Shown here: one piece after another, positions 56,207 through 64,000 of the stretch | How positions within the stretch are numbered: position 1 is the first letter of the stretch | How the letters are laid out: the number at the start of each line of letters is the position of its first letter | Source: an uncultured Clostridia bacterium | GTDB taxonomy: Bacteria; Bacillota; Limnochordia; Darwinibacteriales; DTU012 | Direction: 5' to 3' | Assembly: GCA_900019385.1 (NCBI GenBank) | Contig: FIZJ01000011.1 | Span: 96,603-160,602 of the forward strand | DNA length: 64,000 nt | Program-made: the position numbers and the translations under genes | The notes under the pieces: generated by a model | Seen by the model: the letters and a program-made list of their open reading frames with translations, nothing else | What the model was told of the DNA's origin: nothing | The model's database searches: none

Positions 56207-58054
56207 TTGGCAGAGAAGACTCTAGAGCAGCGCCTTCGCATATTTTGGGCGGTGATGATCATCATCATCCTGATCATCTGCGGCCGGCTGTGGGAACTTC
56301 AGATCCGCCGAGGAAGCTATTTCGCCGGCCTGGCCGACGGCAACCGGATGCGCCGGATCCGAGTCATGCCCACCAGAGGTGTGATCTACAGCCGGGACGG
56401 CACAGAGCTTGTCCGCAGCCGCCCTGCTTTCACCGTGGCTTTGGTGCCGGGCGGGATCCCGCAGAACGCCGAGGAAGTGCTGGAGTACTTAAGCCAGATT
56501 CTGTGCCTTACCAGTGAGGAACTGCAGACCGCAATCGCCAAAGGGCGCCAGAACCTGTACGAACCGGTGCGGATCGCCCGGGATGTGGATTTGAGCACTG
56601 TCGTGGCCATTGAGGAAAACCGGCTGTGGCTGCCGGGGGTTTTTATCGAAGAAGAGTGGGTGCGGGATTACCTTTATCCCAGTTTCGCCAGCCACCTCAT
56701 CGGCTATCTGGGTATCGTCAGCGAGCAGGAACTGCAGCAGTTGGGCCCGGGATACGCCAGTTCGGATCTTGTGGGCAAAACCGGGCTGGAAGCCATTTAC
56801 GAGCGGGAGCTCAGGGGCGAGCTCGGCTCGGTCACGGTAGAAGTGAACGCTCTGAGCCGGCCGGTGCAGACCGTCAGCTACGTGGAGCCGGTTCCCGGCC
56901 ACAGCCTGGTGCTCACCATAGACAAGGAACTGCAGGAGGCTGCCCGTGAAGCATTCATCTCCCATACCGACACTCTCCGCGAGGAGGGCGACCCGCCGTT
57001 TAGAGGGGCGGTGATTGCCCTCGACCCGAAAACCGGTGAAATCCTGGCCATGGTCAGCCTGCCGGATTATGACCCGGCACAGCTTTTGGACGCCAGGCAG
57101 CGCAGCAGCTACTACGCAAGTCTGATCGGAAATGCGCATCGGCCTTTGTTCAACAGGGCGGTGCAAGGCCAATACCGCCCTGGTTCTGCTTTCAAGCCGT
57201 TCATTGCCGTAGCCATGCTTGAAGAAAAGGTGGTCACTCCCGATCAGGTGTTCAATGCCACCGGCACCAGTGAATCCGGCATTCGGGATTGGGTGATCAC
57301 ACAGGGGGCGGCGCCCTTTGGCCCGATCACATTTTTCGACGCTCTGGCGGTGTCCAGCAATCACTATTTCGCCGAGTTCGGCAGGCAGGTGGGGATCGAC
57401 AAGCTTTCGGTCTGGCTGCGGGAGTTCGGGTTTGGCTCTCCCACCGGGATGATTGGTGTCGCCCAGGAAGCGTCGGGCTTGGTGCCGGACCGGGAATGGA
57501 AGCGGAAGCAGTACGCCTCTTACCCTGTTTATGAACAGGCTTGGTATCCGGCGGAGACAGAACTGCTGTCCATCGGGCAGGGCCCTGTGGATGTGACCCC
57601 GATTCAGCTGGCTTTGGCTTACAGCGCCATCGCCAACCGGGGTGTGATTTATCAGCCGACAGTGGTGAAACAGATCATCGATCCGGAGGGCCGGGTAGTA
57701 TATGAACACACCCCCACCGTCAAGGCCGCTCTCGATGTGTCCAAAAGCACCTGGGACGCGGTGATCAAGGGTATGGAAGCAGTGATCACCCATCCCCGGG
57801 GGACAGCCCGGCGAGTGTTCGAGGGTTTCCCCATCCCCATCGCCGGCAAAACCGGAAGCGCGGAAGTGACAGGCCAACCTTCTCACGGCCTGTTCGCCGC
57901 TTTTGCACCAGTGGATGATCCGGAACTGTTGGTGGTTGTGATCGTGGAACACGGCGGCGGCGGGTCCTCCAGCGCGGCACCTATCGCCCGCATGGTGTTC
58001 GAGGCCTATTTTGGCATAGACGGCAGGAATACGATGGGTGAAGGCGAACTGTAA
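56207..58054 (+). CDS. mrdA: Class B penicillin-binding protein 2
   Basis: RGVIYSRDG, PGSAFK (SxxK), SSN (SxN), GKTGSA. Confidence 0.93.
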   Translation: MAEKTLEQRLRIFWAVMIIIILIICGRLWELQIRRGSYFAGLADGNRMRRIRVMPTRGVIYSRDGTELVRSRPAFTVALVPGGIPQNAEEVLEYLSQILCLTSEELQTAIAKGRQNLYEPVRIARDVDLSTVVAIEENRLWLPGVFIEEEWVRDYLYPSFASHLIGYLGIVSEQELQQLGPGYASSDLVGKTGLEAIYERELRGELGSVTVEVNALSRPVQTVSYVEPVPGHSLVLTIDKELQEAAREAFISHTDTLREEGDPPFRGAVIALDPKTGEILAMVSLPDYDPAQLLDARQRSSYYASLIGNAHRPLFNRAVQGQYRPGSAFKPFIAVAMLEEKVVTPDQVFNATGTSESGIRDWVITQGAAPFGPITFFDALAVSSNHYFAEFGRQVGIDKLSVWLREFGFGSPTGMIGVAQEASGLVPDREWKRKQYASYPVYEQAWYPAETELLSIGQGPVDVTPIQLALAYSAIANRGVIYQPTVVKQIIDPEGRVVYEHTPTVKAALDVSKSTWDAVIKGMEAVITHPRGTARRVFEGFPIPIAGKTGSAEVTGQPSHGLFAAFAPVDDPELLVVVIVEHGGGGSSSAAPIARMVFEAYFGIDGRNTMGEGEL

Positions 58055-58089
58055 GTGGTGAGGATTGAAAGCCTGAGGAGAGACCCGTA

Positions 58090-58728
58090 ATGAGCAAGGA
58101 AGCATGTATCATCAAAGGTACCAAACACGGACTATCGATTTTGATTCCCAGCGGGCTGGATTTTTCGGAAGTACTGGCACAACTGCGGGCACGGCTGGCT
58201 TCGGCTCAAGCTTTCTTTTCCGGTGCGACAGTGTATGTTTCAGCAGCAGATCGGGAGCTGAAACCAGAGGAAAAGCGGCTGTTAGAGCAAACAGTGGAAG
58301 AATTCGGCATGGTGATCAGCGAAGGCAAGGTTCCGGAACCGCAAACTCAAGCGGTGGAGCGCAGAGAGGATTCGCGAAGCGAGGACGGCGAAAACACTCT
58401 GCTGGTGCGCCGCACCATCCGTTCCGGCCAGCGCATCTGGTATGATGGAAATGTGGTTATTATCGGTGATGTGAACCCGGGAGCGGAAGTGGTCTGCACC
58501 GGAGATATCCTGGTGCTCGGCTGCCTCCGGGGAGTCGCCCATGCCGGGTGCAACGGCAATGTCAGCGCTACAGTGTTTGCTTTCCGCCTGGAACCGACCC
58601 AACTGCGCATCGCCAGCTACATATCACGCTCCCCTGATGAAAAAATGCCTAAACCGCTTGAACCGGAAATAGCGCGTGTTTGTGACAACGTGATTCAGAT
58701 TAGTGCTTACCAGAGCAGTCAGAGTTGA
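58090..58728 (+). CDS. minC: Septum site-determining protein MinC
   Basis: IKGTK.G, TIRSGQ, GDVNPGAEV, LRGVAHAG, QLRIA. Confidence 0.95.
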   Translation: MSKEACIIKGTKHGLSILIPSGLDFSEVLAQLRARLASAQAFFSGATVYVSAADRELKPEEKRLLEQTVEEFGMVISEGKVPEPQTQAVERREDSRSEDGENTLLVRRTIRSGQRIWYDGNVVIIGDVNPGAEVVCTGDILVLGCLRGVAHAGCNGNVSATVFAFRLEPTQLRIASYISRSPDEKMPKPLEPEIARVCDNVIQISAYQSSQS

Positions 58729-58751
58729 GGGTAACTAGGGGAGGTGTTTCC

Positions 58752-59555
58752 ATGGGAAAATCCATTGTGGTAACAAGCGGCAAAGGTGGTGTCGGCAAGA
58801 CGACCGCTGCGGCCAACATCGGGACAGGGTTGGCTCAGATCGGAAAGAGAGTGTGTTTGGTTGATGCCGATATCGGGCTGCGCAACCTGGATGTGGTCAT
58901 GGGATTGGAGAACCGGATTGTTTACGACTTGATCGATGTGGTCGAAGGGCACTGCCGGGTGCGTTCAGCTTTGATCAAGGACAAGCGATTCGACAACCTG
59001 TTCCTGCTTCCGGCGGCTCAGACCCGGGAAAAGGACGCGGTCAAGCCGGAACAGATGAAAGCGCTGGTCGACGAATTGAAGAAGGAGTTTGACTATGTGC
59101 TGGTGGACTGCCCTGCCGGCATTGAACAGGGATTCAAGAATGCCATTGCCGGCGCGGACATGGCGATTATCGTCACCACACCGGAGGTTTCGGCGGTAAG
59201 AGACGCAGACCGCATTGTGGGTTTGCTGGAGGCAAGCGAGTTGTATGAGCCTCAGCTGATCATCAACCGGATCCGCCCCGACATGATCCGCAAAGGGGAT
59301 ATGATGACCACGGAGGATGTCATTGACATCCTGGCTATCAAACTGTTGGGCATAGTCCCAGATGACGAGAGCATAATCGTATCCACCAACCGGGGAGAAC
59401 CGGCTGTCCTGGACAAAAAATCTCTGTCGGGCCAGGCGTTCCGCAATATCGTCCGTCGGTTGGAAGGGGCATCCGTCCCGTTCCTGCCGTTGGAAGAAAC
59501 CTCCAGGTTCAAACGATTGCTGCGCCTGTTCAACCTTTCCGGCAGTAAAAGTTAG
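58752..59555 (+). CDS. minD: Septum site-determining ATPase MinD
   Basis: SGKGGVGKTT, DADIGLRNLD, DCPAGIEQG, C-terminal amphipathic helix. Confidence 0.97.
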   Translation: MGKSIVVTSGKGGVGKTTAAANIGTGLAQIGKRVCLVDADIGLRNLDVVMGLENRIVYDLIDVVEGHCRVRSALIKDKRFDNLFLLPAAQTREKDAVKPEQMKALVDELKKEFDYVLVDCPAGIEQGFKNAIAGADMAIIVTTPEVSAVRDADRIVGLLEASELYEPQLIINRIRPDMIRKGDMMTTEDVIDILAIKLLGIVPDDESIIVSTNRGEPAVLDKKSLSGQAFRNIVRRLEGASVPFLPLEETSRFKRLLRLFNLSGSKS

Positions 59556-59566
59556 GAGGGTCGGCC

Positions 59567-59830
59567 GTGTTAGAATGGTTGTCAAGGTTGTTTGGTAGCG
59601 CGGAACACAGTAAGGACAAGGCTAAAGAACGGCTGCGCCTGGTTTTGGTTCAAGATCGGGCGACACTCGCCCCCGGTCTGCTGGATGCCTTGAAGGAAGA
59701 AATGATCAATGTGCTGTCCAAATACATGGAAATCGATGTGCAAGGCCTTGAGGTAAACTTGGAGAGCAGCGACGATCAGGTGGCGCTGGTGGCCAACATC
59801 CCTGTGCGAAACGTGAAGCGGAAAGTATAA
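59567..59830 (+). CDS. minE: Cell division topological specificity factor MinE
   Basis: SKDKAKERLRLVLVQDR..ALVANIP. Confidence 0.93.
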   Translation: MLEWLSRLFGSAEHSKDKAKERLRLVLVQDRATLAPGLLDALKEEMINVLSKYMEIDVQGLEVNLESSDDQVALVANIPVRNVKRKV

Positions 59831-59895
59831 CTTTTCCCGTTCTGAATCGCTCCCGCGGCTAATATATTTTTACAAAAGCCGAGGGAGGTGAAGCA

Positions 59896-60138
59896 ATGGC
59901 CGCCCGTTCGCCCAACGGCATGATCACAGCGGTCCTGCTCTTTGTGATCATTGGCCTGATCTCTGAAAGCCAGCTTCCATTCGGAGCAGAAGTCGCCAGG
60001 TATTTGGAGTTTGTTTTGACCACCGATTTTGATCTGCACTTTGCCACCAAACCTATAGAGCAGCTGCGGCAGGCCTTTGCAGATTTTGACCTTGCGGTTC
60101 TGACGCAGGCGCTGCCCCGTGTGCCAACGGGTTGGTGA
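59896..60138 (+). CDS. Small single-TM protein in the spoIVFA position (mini-SpoIVFA-like)
   Basis: GGAGGTG RBS; TM AVLLFVIIGLI then LPFG..YLEFVLTTDFD; stop 4 nt before spoIVFB. Confidence 0.6.
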   Translation: MAARSPNGMITAVLLFVIIGLISESQLPFGAEVARYLEFVLTTDFDLHFATKPIEQLRQAFADFDLAVLTQALPRVPTGW

Positions 60139-60142
60139 GCCT

Positions 60143-61042
60143 ATGAAAGTCGGCTCGTTTTGGGGGATTGTATTCAAAGTCAATCCCTTTTTTTTGATGC
60201 TGCTTGTGCCGGCCGCGATCAGCGGACAGCTGCTGCCGGCGCTGACGCTTTTCATGATTGTCCTATTCCATGAACTGGCTCATACTGCCGCCGCAGCCGC
60301 CTGTGGGCTGCGGGTTGTTGAGGTGGAACTGCTTCCCTTTGGTGGTGTCGCCCGCATGGACAACCTGCTCGAGTTCAACCCCAGGGTGGAACTGCTGGTA
60401 GCCCTGGCGGGGCCCGCTAGCAATCTTCTCCTGTTGGCCGCGCTCTGGATCGGCCGGGCGCACAGCTTGCTCGATCCCGACTGGTTTTTGTTCTTGGCCA
60501 GGGCAAACGTGCTGATGGCCGCCTTTAACCTTCTGCCGGGGCTGCCCCTGGACGGAGGGCGCGTTTTGCGGAGCCGCTTGATCTACTGCTGCGGTTTGCA
60601 GGAAGCCACGGTAAAGTCTGCCAGGATGGGCCAGTTTTTGGGCATTGGGCTGGTGGTGTTGGGCCTGGCCGGCGGCTTGGCCTCCCGGAACGCCGGCGGT
60701 GTTTTCCCAGCGGCAGTTGGAGTTTTCCTTTACTTTGAGGCAAGAAGGGAAGCTGCTCAGGCTAAGTTTGTGTTCCTGCGCTTTTTAACCCAAAAGCAGC
60801 TGCAGCTAAAGCTGAGAAAGGTGATTCCCGCCAAAGGGCTGGTCGCCACCGGCGAAACCACTTTGGGAGAAGTCCTGCGCCATATCACGCCTGCATACTG
60901 TCACATGGTGTGGGTGGTCGATTCCCAGGGCAGGCCGGTTGGAGTCCTGTCTGAGCTGGAATTGATCGAGGGCTTGCTGGAACAAGGGATTCATGGTAAA
61001 CTTATAAAATTGATTAAGCGACGTTTTTGGCCGCCGGAATGA
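60143..61042 (+). CDS. spoIVFB: M50 intramembrane metalloprotease SpoIVFB-like with C-terminal CBS-like region
   Basis: HELAH, LLPFGGVA, ALAGP, NLLPGLPLDGGR; canonical position after minD/minE. Confidence 0.85.
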   Translation: MKVGSFWGIVFKVNPFFLMLLVPAAISGQLLPALTLFMIVLFHELAHTAAAAACGLRVVEVELLPFGGVARMDNLLEFNPRVELLVALAGPASNLLLLAALWIGRAHSLLDPDWFLFLARANVLMAAFNLLPGLPLDGGRVLRSRLIYCCGLQEATVKSARMGQFLGIGLVVLGLAGGLASRNAGGVFPAAVGVFLYFEARREAAQAKFVFLRFLTQKQLQLKLRKVIPAKGLVATGETTLGEVLRHITPAYCHMVWVVDSQGRPVGVLSELELIEGLLEQGIHGKLIKLIKRRFWPPE

Positions 61043-61058
61043 GCGGCGGTTGTGAGAG

Positions 61059-62927
61059 GTGTCAAAAATGAAACAAGAATTGCTGAGGATTCTGCCGGAA
61101 GTGTCCAAACCGGCTCGCTATACAAACCAAGAACTGCATGCAGTCCACAAGGACTGGGAGCGGACAGCGGTGCGCATGGCCCTGGCTTTTCCCGATACTT
61201 ATGAGATCGGGATGGGCAACCTGGGCTTCAAGATACTGTATCATATCATCAATCAGCGCCCGGACGCACTGGCGGAACGGGTGTACATGCCCTGGGTGGA
61301 TATGCAGCAGAAGATGAAGGAACAGGACCTGCCCCTGACCGCTTTGGAATCAGGGAAGCCTCTGGCTGATTTTGATATTGTCGGCTTTACCCTCCAGTAT
61401 GAGCTCAGCTTCAGCAACATCGTCAAAATGCTCGATCTGGCCGGGATTCCACGCTTAAGCGCGGAAAGAGGGAGCAGCGACCCTCTGGTGATCGCCGGGG
61501 GCCCCTGCGCCTACAACCCGGAACCGCTGGCTGATTTCCTTGATTGTGTCGTCTTGGGCGACGGGGAAGAGGTCATCAATGAGCTTTTGGATCTGGTCAA
61601 GCACTGCAAGGAGCAGGGCATTGGTCGGCAGGCGGCGCTTTTGAAGCTGGCGCAGATTCCAGGGGTCTATGTGCCCCGGTTTTATGAAATAAAGTATACA
61701 GATCAGGGAACGATCAAAACGATCTTGAAGACCGAGGACTCAGCGCCGGATCGGATTCAAAAGCGCGTCGTCGCTGATTTGGATCAAGCGCCGTTCCCCG
61801 ACACGATGGTTGTGCCTTATCTGCAGACGGTGCACGACCGGGTGATGGTGGAAGTGATGCGCGGCTGCACTCGGGGCTGCCGGTTTTGCCAGGCCGGCAT
61901 GATATACCGGCCGGTGCGGGAACGCAGTGTGGAGACTGTGAAAAAACAGGCGCTTGAACTCTTGGACAAAACCGGGTATGAGCAGGTATCCCTCACTTCA
62001 TTGTCCACCGGCGACTACAGCAAAGTGGAGCGCCTGGTGACGGAACTGGCGGCCGAATGCCGCATGCGGGGCGTTTCCGTATCCCTGCCATCCCTCAGAG
62101 TCGATTCCTTTTCCGTGAAGCTGGCTGAGGAAATCGAGAAGTTCAAAAAGACAGGGCTTACATTTGCCCCGGAGGCTGGCACTCAGCGCTTGCGGGATGT
62201 GATCAACAAAAACGTTCGGGAAGAGGACCTCTACGAGGCGGTGGAGGCGGCTTTCTCCTCCGGCTGGCACCTGATCAAGCTGTATTTCATGATCGGGCTG
62301 CCCACTGAGACTTACGAGGATTTGGACGGGATAGCCGCTTTGGCCAGAAATGTGCTGGAGATCGGCAGGCGCTCTATGCCCACAAGCGGAAAGCGGCCGA
62401 CGGTCAACATCAGCGTCGCTTCGTTTGTGCCCAAACCAGGCACTCCCTTCCAATGGGAAGCGTTCAACGATCAAGAAGTCCTCTTGGCCAAGTTCAGCTA
62501 TCTGCGGAAGCGTTTGAAACACCCAGGGATTAAATTCAACACCCACGACGTGCGCACCAGTTACCTGGAAGCCGTGTTCTCCCGCGGGGATCGCCGGCTG
62601 GGCAGAGTGCTGGCCCGGGCTGTGGATTTGGGATGTCAGTTTGACGGGTGGAACGAGCACTTCCGCTATGACCTCTGGATGCAGGCATTTCGAGATGCGT
62701 GTGTCGACAGTGAATTCTACGCCTACCGCAGGCGCGGGGCGGATGAGATCCTGCCGTGGGAACATCTCTTAAGCGGTGTCAGCAAGAAGTTCCTCTGGCT
62801 GGAGCGGGAACGGGCCTATCAGGGCATCACTACCGACGACTGCCGCTTCAGTGGGTGCACCGGCTGCCGCGTGTGCCAGGATCTGGGCGTTGCCAACAGG
62901 CTGCAGGGCGGTGAACAGATTGAGTAA
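61059..62927 (+). CDS. TIGR03960-type B12-binding radical SAM protein
   Basis: KPARY, FPDTYEIGM, LQYEL, RGCTRGCRFCQAG, APEAGTQRLR, YFMIGLP, C-terminal Cys cluster. Confidence 0.9.
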   Translation: MSKMKQELLRILPEVSKPARYTNQELHAVHKDWERTAVRMALAFPDTYEIGMGNLGFKILYHIINQRPDALAERVYMPWVDMQQKMKEQDLPLTALESGKPLADFDIVGFTLQYELSFSNIVKMLDLAGIPRLSAERGSSDPLVIAGGPCAYNPEPLADFLDCVVLGDGEEVINELLDLVKHCKEQGIGRQAALLKLAQIPGVYVPRFYEIKYTDQGTIKTILKTEDSAPDRIQKRVVADLDQAPFPDTMVVPYLQTVHDRVMVEVMRGCTRGCRFCQAGMIYRPVRERSVETVKKQALELLDKTGYEQVSLTSLSTGDYSKVERLVTELAAECRMRGVSVSLPSLRVDSFSVKLAEEIEKFKKTGLTFAPEAGTQRLRDVINKNVREEDLYEAVEAAFSSGWHLIKLYFMIGLPTETYEDLDGIAALARNVLEIGRRSMPTSGKRPTVNISVASFVPKPGTPFQWEAFNDQEVLLAKFSYLRKRLKHPGIKFNTHDVRTSYLEAVFSRGDRRLGRVLARAVDLGCQFDGWNEHFRYDLWMQAFRDACVDSEFYAYRRRGADEILPWEHLLSGVSKKFLWLERERAYQGITTDDCRFSGCTGCRVCQDLGVANRLQGGEQIE

Positions 62928-63585
62928 AAATGTGCGCTTGCGTTTCAGTGTTGGTGAACCGGGAAGATTCATCTCGCATCTAGACGTGCTCCGCCTGATG
63001 AGCAGAGCGGTGCGCCGGGCAGGGCTTCCCATCGCCTATTCCCAGGGTTTCAGCCCCACACCTAGACTGGCCTTCGCTTCGTCGCTGCCGGTCGGTGTGA
63101 CCAGCGCGGCGGAGTATGTCGATCTACAATTGAACACTCCCGTGGAATGGGAACAGGTGAAAAACCGGTTGAACGATGTTTTGCCCGACGGGTTCCGGAT
63201 CCTGGCCGGTGCTGCCCTGCCTGAAAAGTATCCACCCCTGATGTCTTTGATCACCACCGCCCGGTATCAGATCAAAGTACTGGGGGAGGCGCCTGATCTG
63301 GAAAAAAAGACTGCCGATCTCACAGCCAGCGGGCAGATTTTGGCATCGGTCAAGCGAAAAAATAAAGAAGAGCAGGTGGACGTTCGCGGCTTGATTGATT
63401 CCTTGGCTTATGATCCGCTGCAGCGCCTCATTGAGCTGCAGTGCGCCAGCGGCGTGCAGGCAAACCTTAGGCCAATGGATCTCCTGCCCCTGTTGGGGCT
63501 GGAACTTCGAGATGTTTTGATCCACAGGACGGATCTGCTGATCAAGGCCGGCGCCGGCAGACTACTGACGCCGTTCGATGTTTAA
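62911..63585 (+). CDS. TIGR03936 radical SAM-linked protein (DUF2344)
   Basis: FISHLDV.R...RAVRRAGLPIAYSQGFSP.P; follows the radical SAM gene; start approximate. Confidence 0.88.
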   Translation: MNRLSKNVRLRFSVGEPGRFISHLDVLRLMSRAVRRAGLPIAYSQGFSPTPRLAFASSLPVGVTSAAEYVDLQLNTPVEWEQVKNRLNDVLPDGFRILAGAALPEKYPPLMSLITTARYQIKVLGEAPDLEKKTADLTASGQILASVKRKNKEEQVDVRGLIDSLAYDPLQRLIELQCASGVQANLRPMDLLPLLGLELRDVLIHRTDLLIKAGAGRLLTPFDV

Positions 63586-63600
63586 AGGGGAAAAGAACCT

Positions 63601-64000
63601 ATGTTGAGGAAGGTTGTCATATCTTCGTTTTTGAATCAAGTGCTGGTTGGTATTGTCGAAAACGGCCGACTGGCGGAGTTTTTCATGGAAAGGGACGAGA
63701 CCAGCCGAATTGTGGGCAATATTTACAAGGGCAAAGTTGAAAATGTCCTGCCGGGGATGGCGGCGGCGTTTGTGGATCTGGGGCTGGAGCGGAACGGATT
63801 CTTGTATGTCGCCGATCTGCCGGGAGAAAGGGATCGGCCCATCAATGAACTGGTGAAAAAAGGGCAGGAGATCCTGGTGCAGGTGGCAAAAGAACCGGAA
63901 GGCTCGAAAGGCCCCAGGGTCGAGGCGAACATTTCACTGCCGGGCCGGTTTATGGTCCTGATGCCCCAAGAGGACACCATCGGTGTTTCCCGCCAGATCC
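63601..64000 (+). CDS. rng: Rne/Rng family ribonuclease, 5' part (truncated by the window)
   Basis: Translation from 63601: VGNIYKGKVENVLPGMAAAFVDLG..NGFL..GQEILVQVAKEP..KGPR (S1 domain). Confidence 0.9.
   Translation, partial: MLRKVVISSFLNQVLVGIVENGRLAEFFMERDETSRIVGNIYKGKVENVLPGMAAAFVDLGLERNGFLYVADLPGERDRPINELVKKGQEILVQVAKEPEGSKGPRVEANISLPGRFMVLMPQEDTIGVSRQI

Noticed and set aside
56489-58105. Long antisense ORFs (538 aa here; also 38129-39532, 4936-6186, 48780-49982, 23265-24275, 16129-17076)
   Set aside because: They shadow well-conserved genes on the opposite strand, as expected from GC3-rich codon use, and show no recognisable motifs

Overview
Mostly core-genome window from a moderately GC-rich, apparently spore-forming and diderm Firmicute. 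This is inferred from spoIID, spoIVFB and SigH/SigE-type promoters occurring alongside two predicted outer-membrane beta-barrels; Limnochordia-like is a guess. Gene order: uvrC 3' end; beta-barrel OMP plus S8 lipoprotein protease; a DUF2089/DUF4097/SHOCT operon with a Cof hydrolase; a large OMP with a structured leader; msmX; an XRE regulator; the ndoAI-ndoA toxin-antitoxin pair; a C26 amidohydrolase, asparaginase II and tsaE-tsaB-rimI-tsaD; CIRCE-groESL; hpt-guaA*-hisZGDBA(IE); a SleB-like lipoprotein; pcrA; argCJBD-carAB-argF; ligA, an lgt-like gene and fur; T-box-valS-folC-SPOR; ferredoxin; LamG-GH127/146-LamG; spoIID; cysK; maf-radC-mreBCD-mrdA-minCDE; mini-spoIVFA-spoIVFB; a radical SAM pair; rng 5' end. 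No rRNA, tRNA, CRISPR array or mobile element was seen. Main oddities: a GMP synthase whose glutaminase domain has lost its catalytic core, fused into a his operon lacking hisH/hisF; an Lgt homologue lacking catalytic motifs; an 80-aa SpoIVFA-like protein without the M23 domain; two long structured leaders, one with an orphan perfect Shine-Dalgarno; and a three-gene SHOCT module with a candidate operator. All calls come from motif reading by eye; no searches were run.
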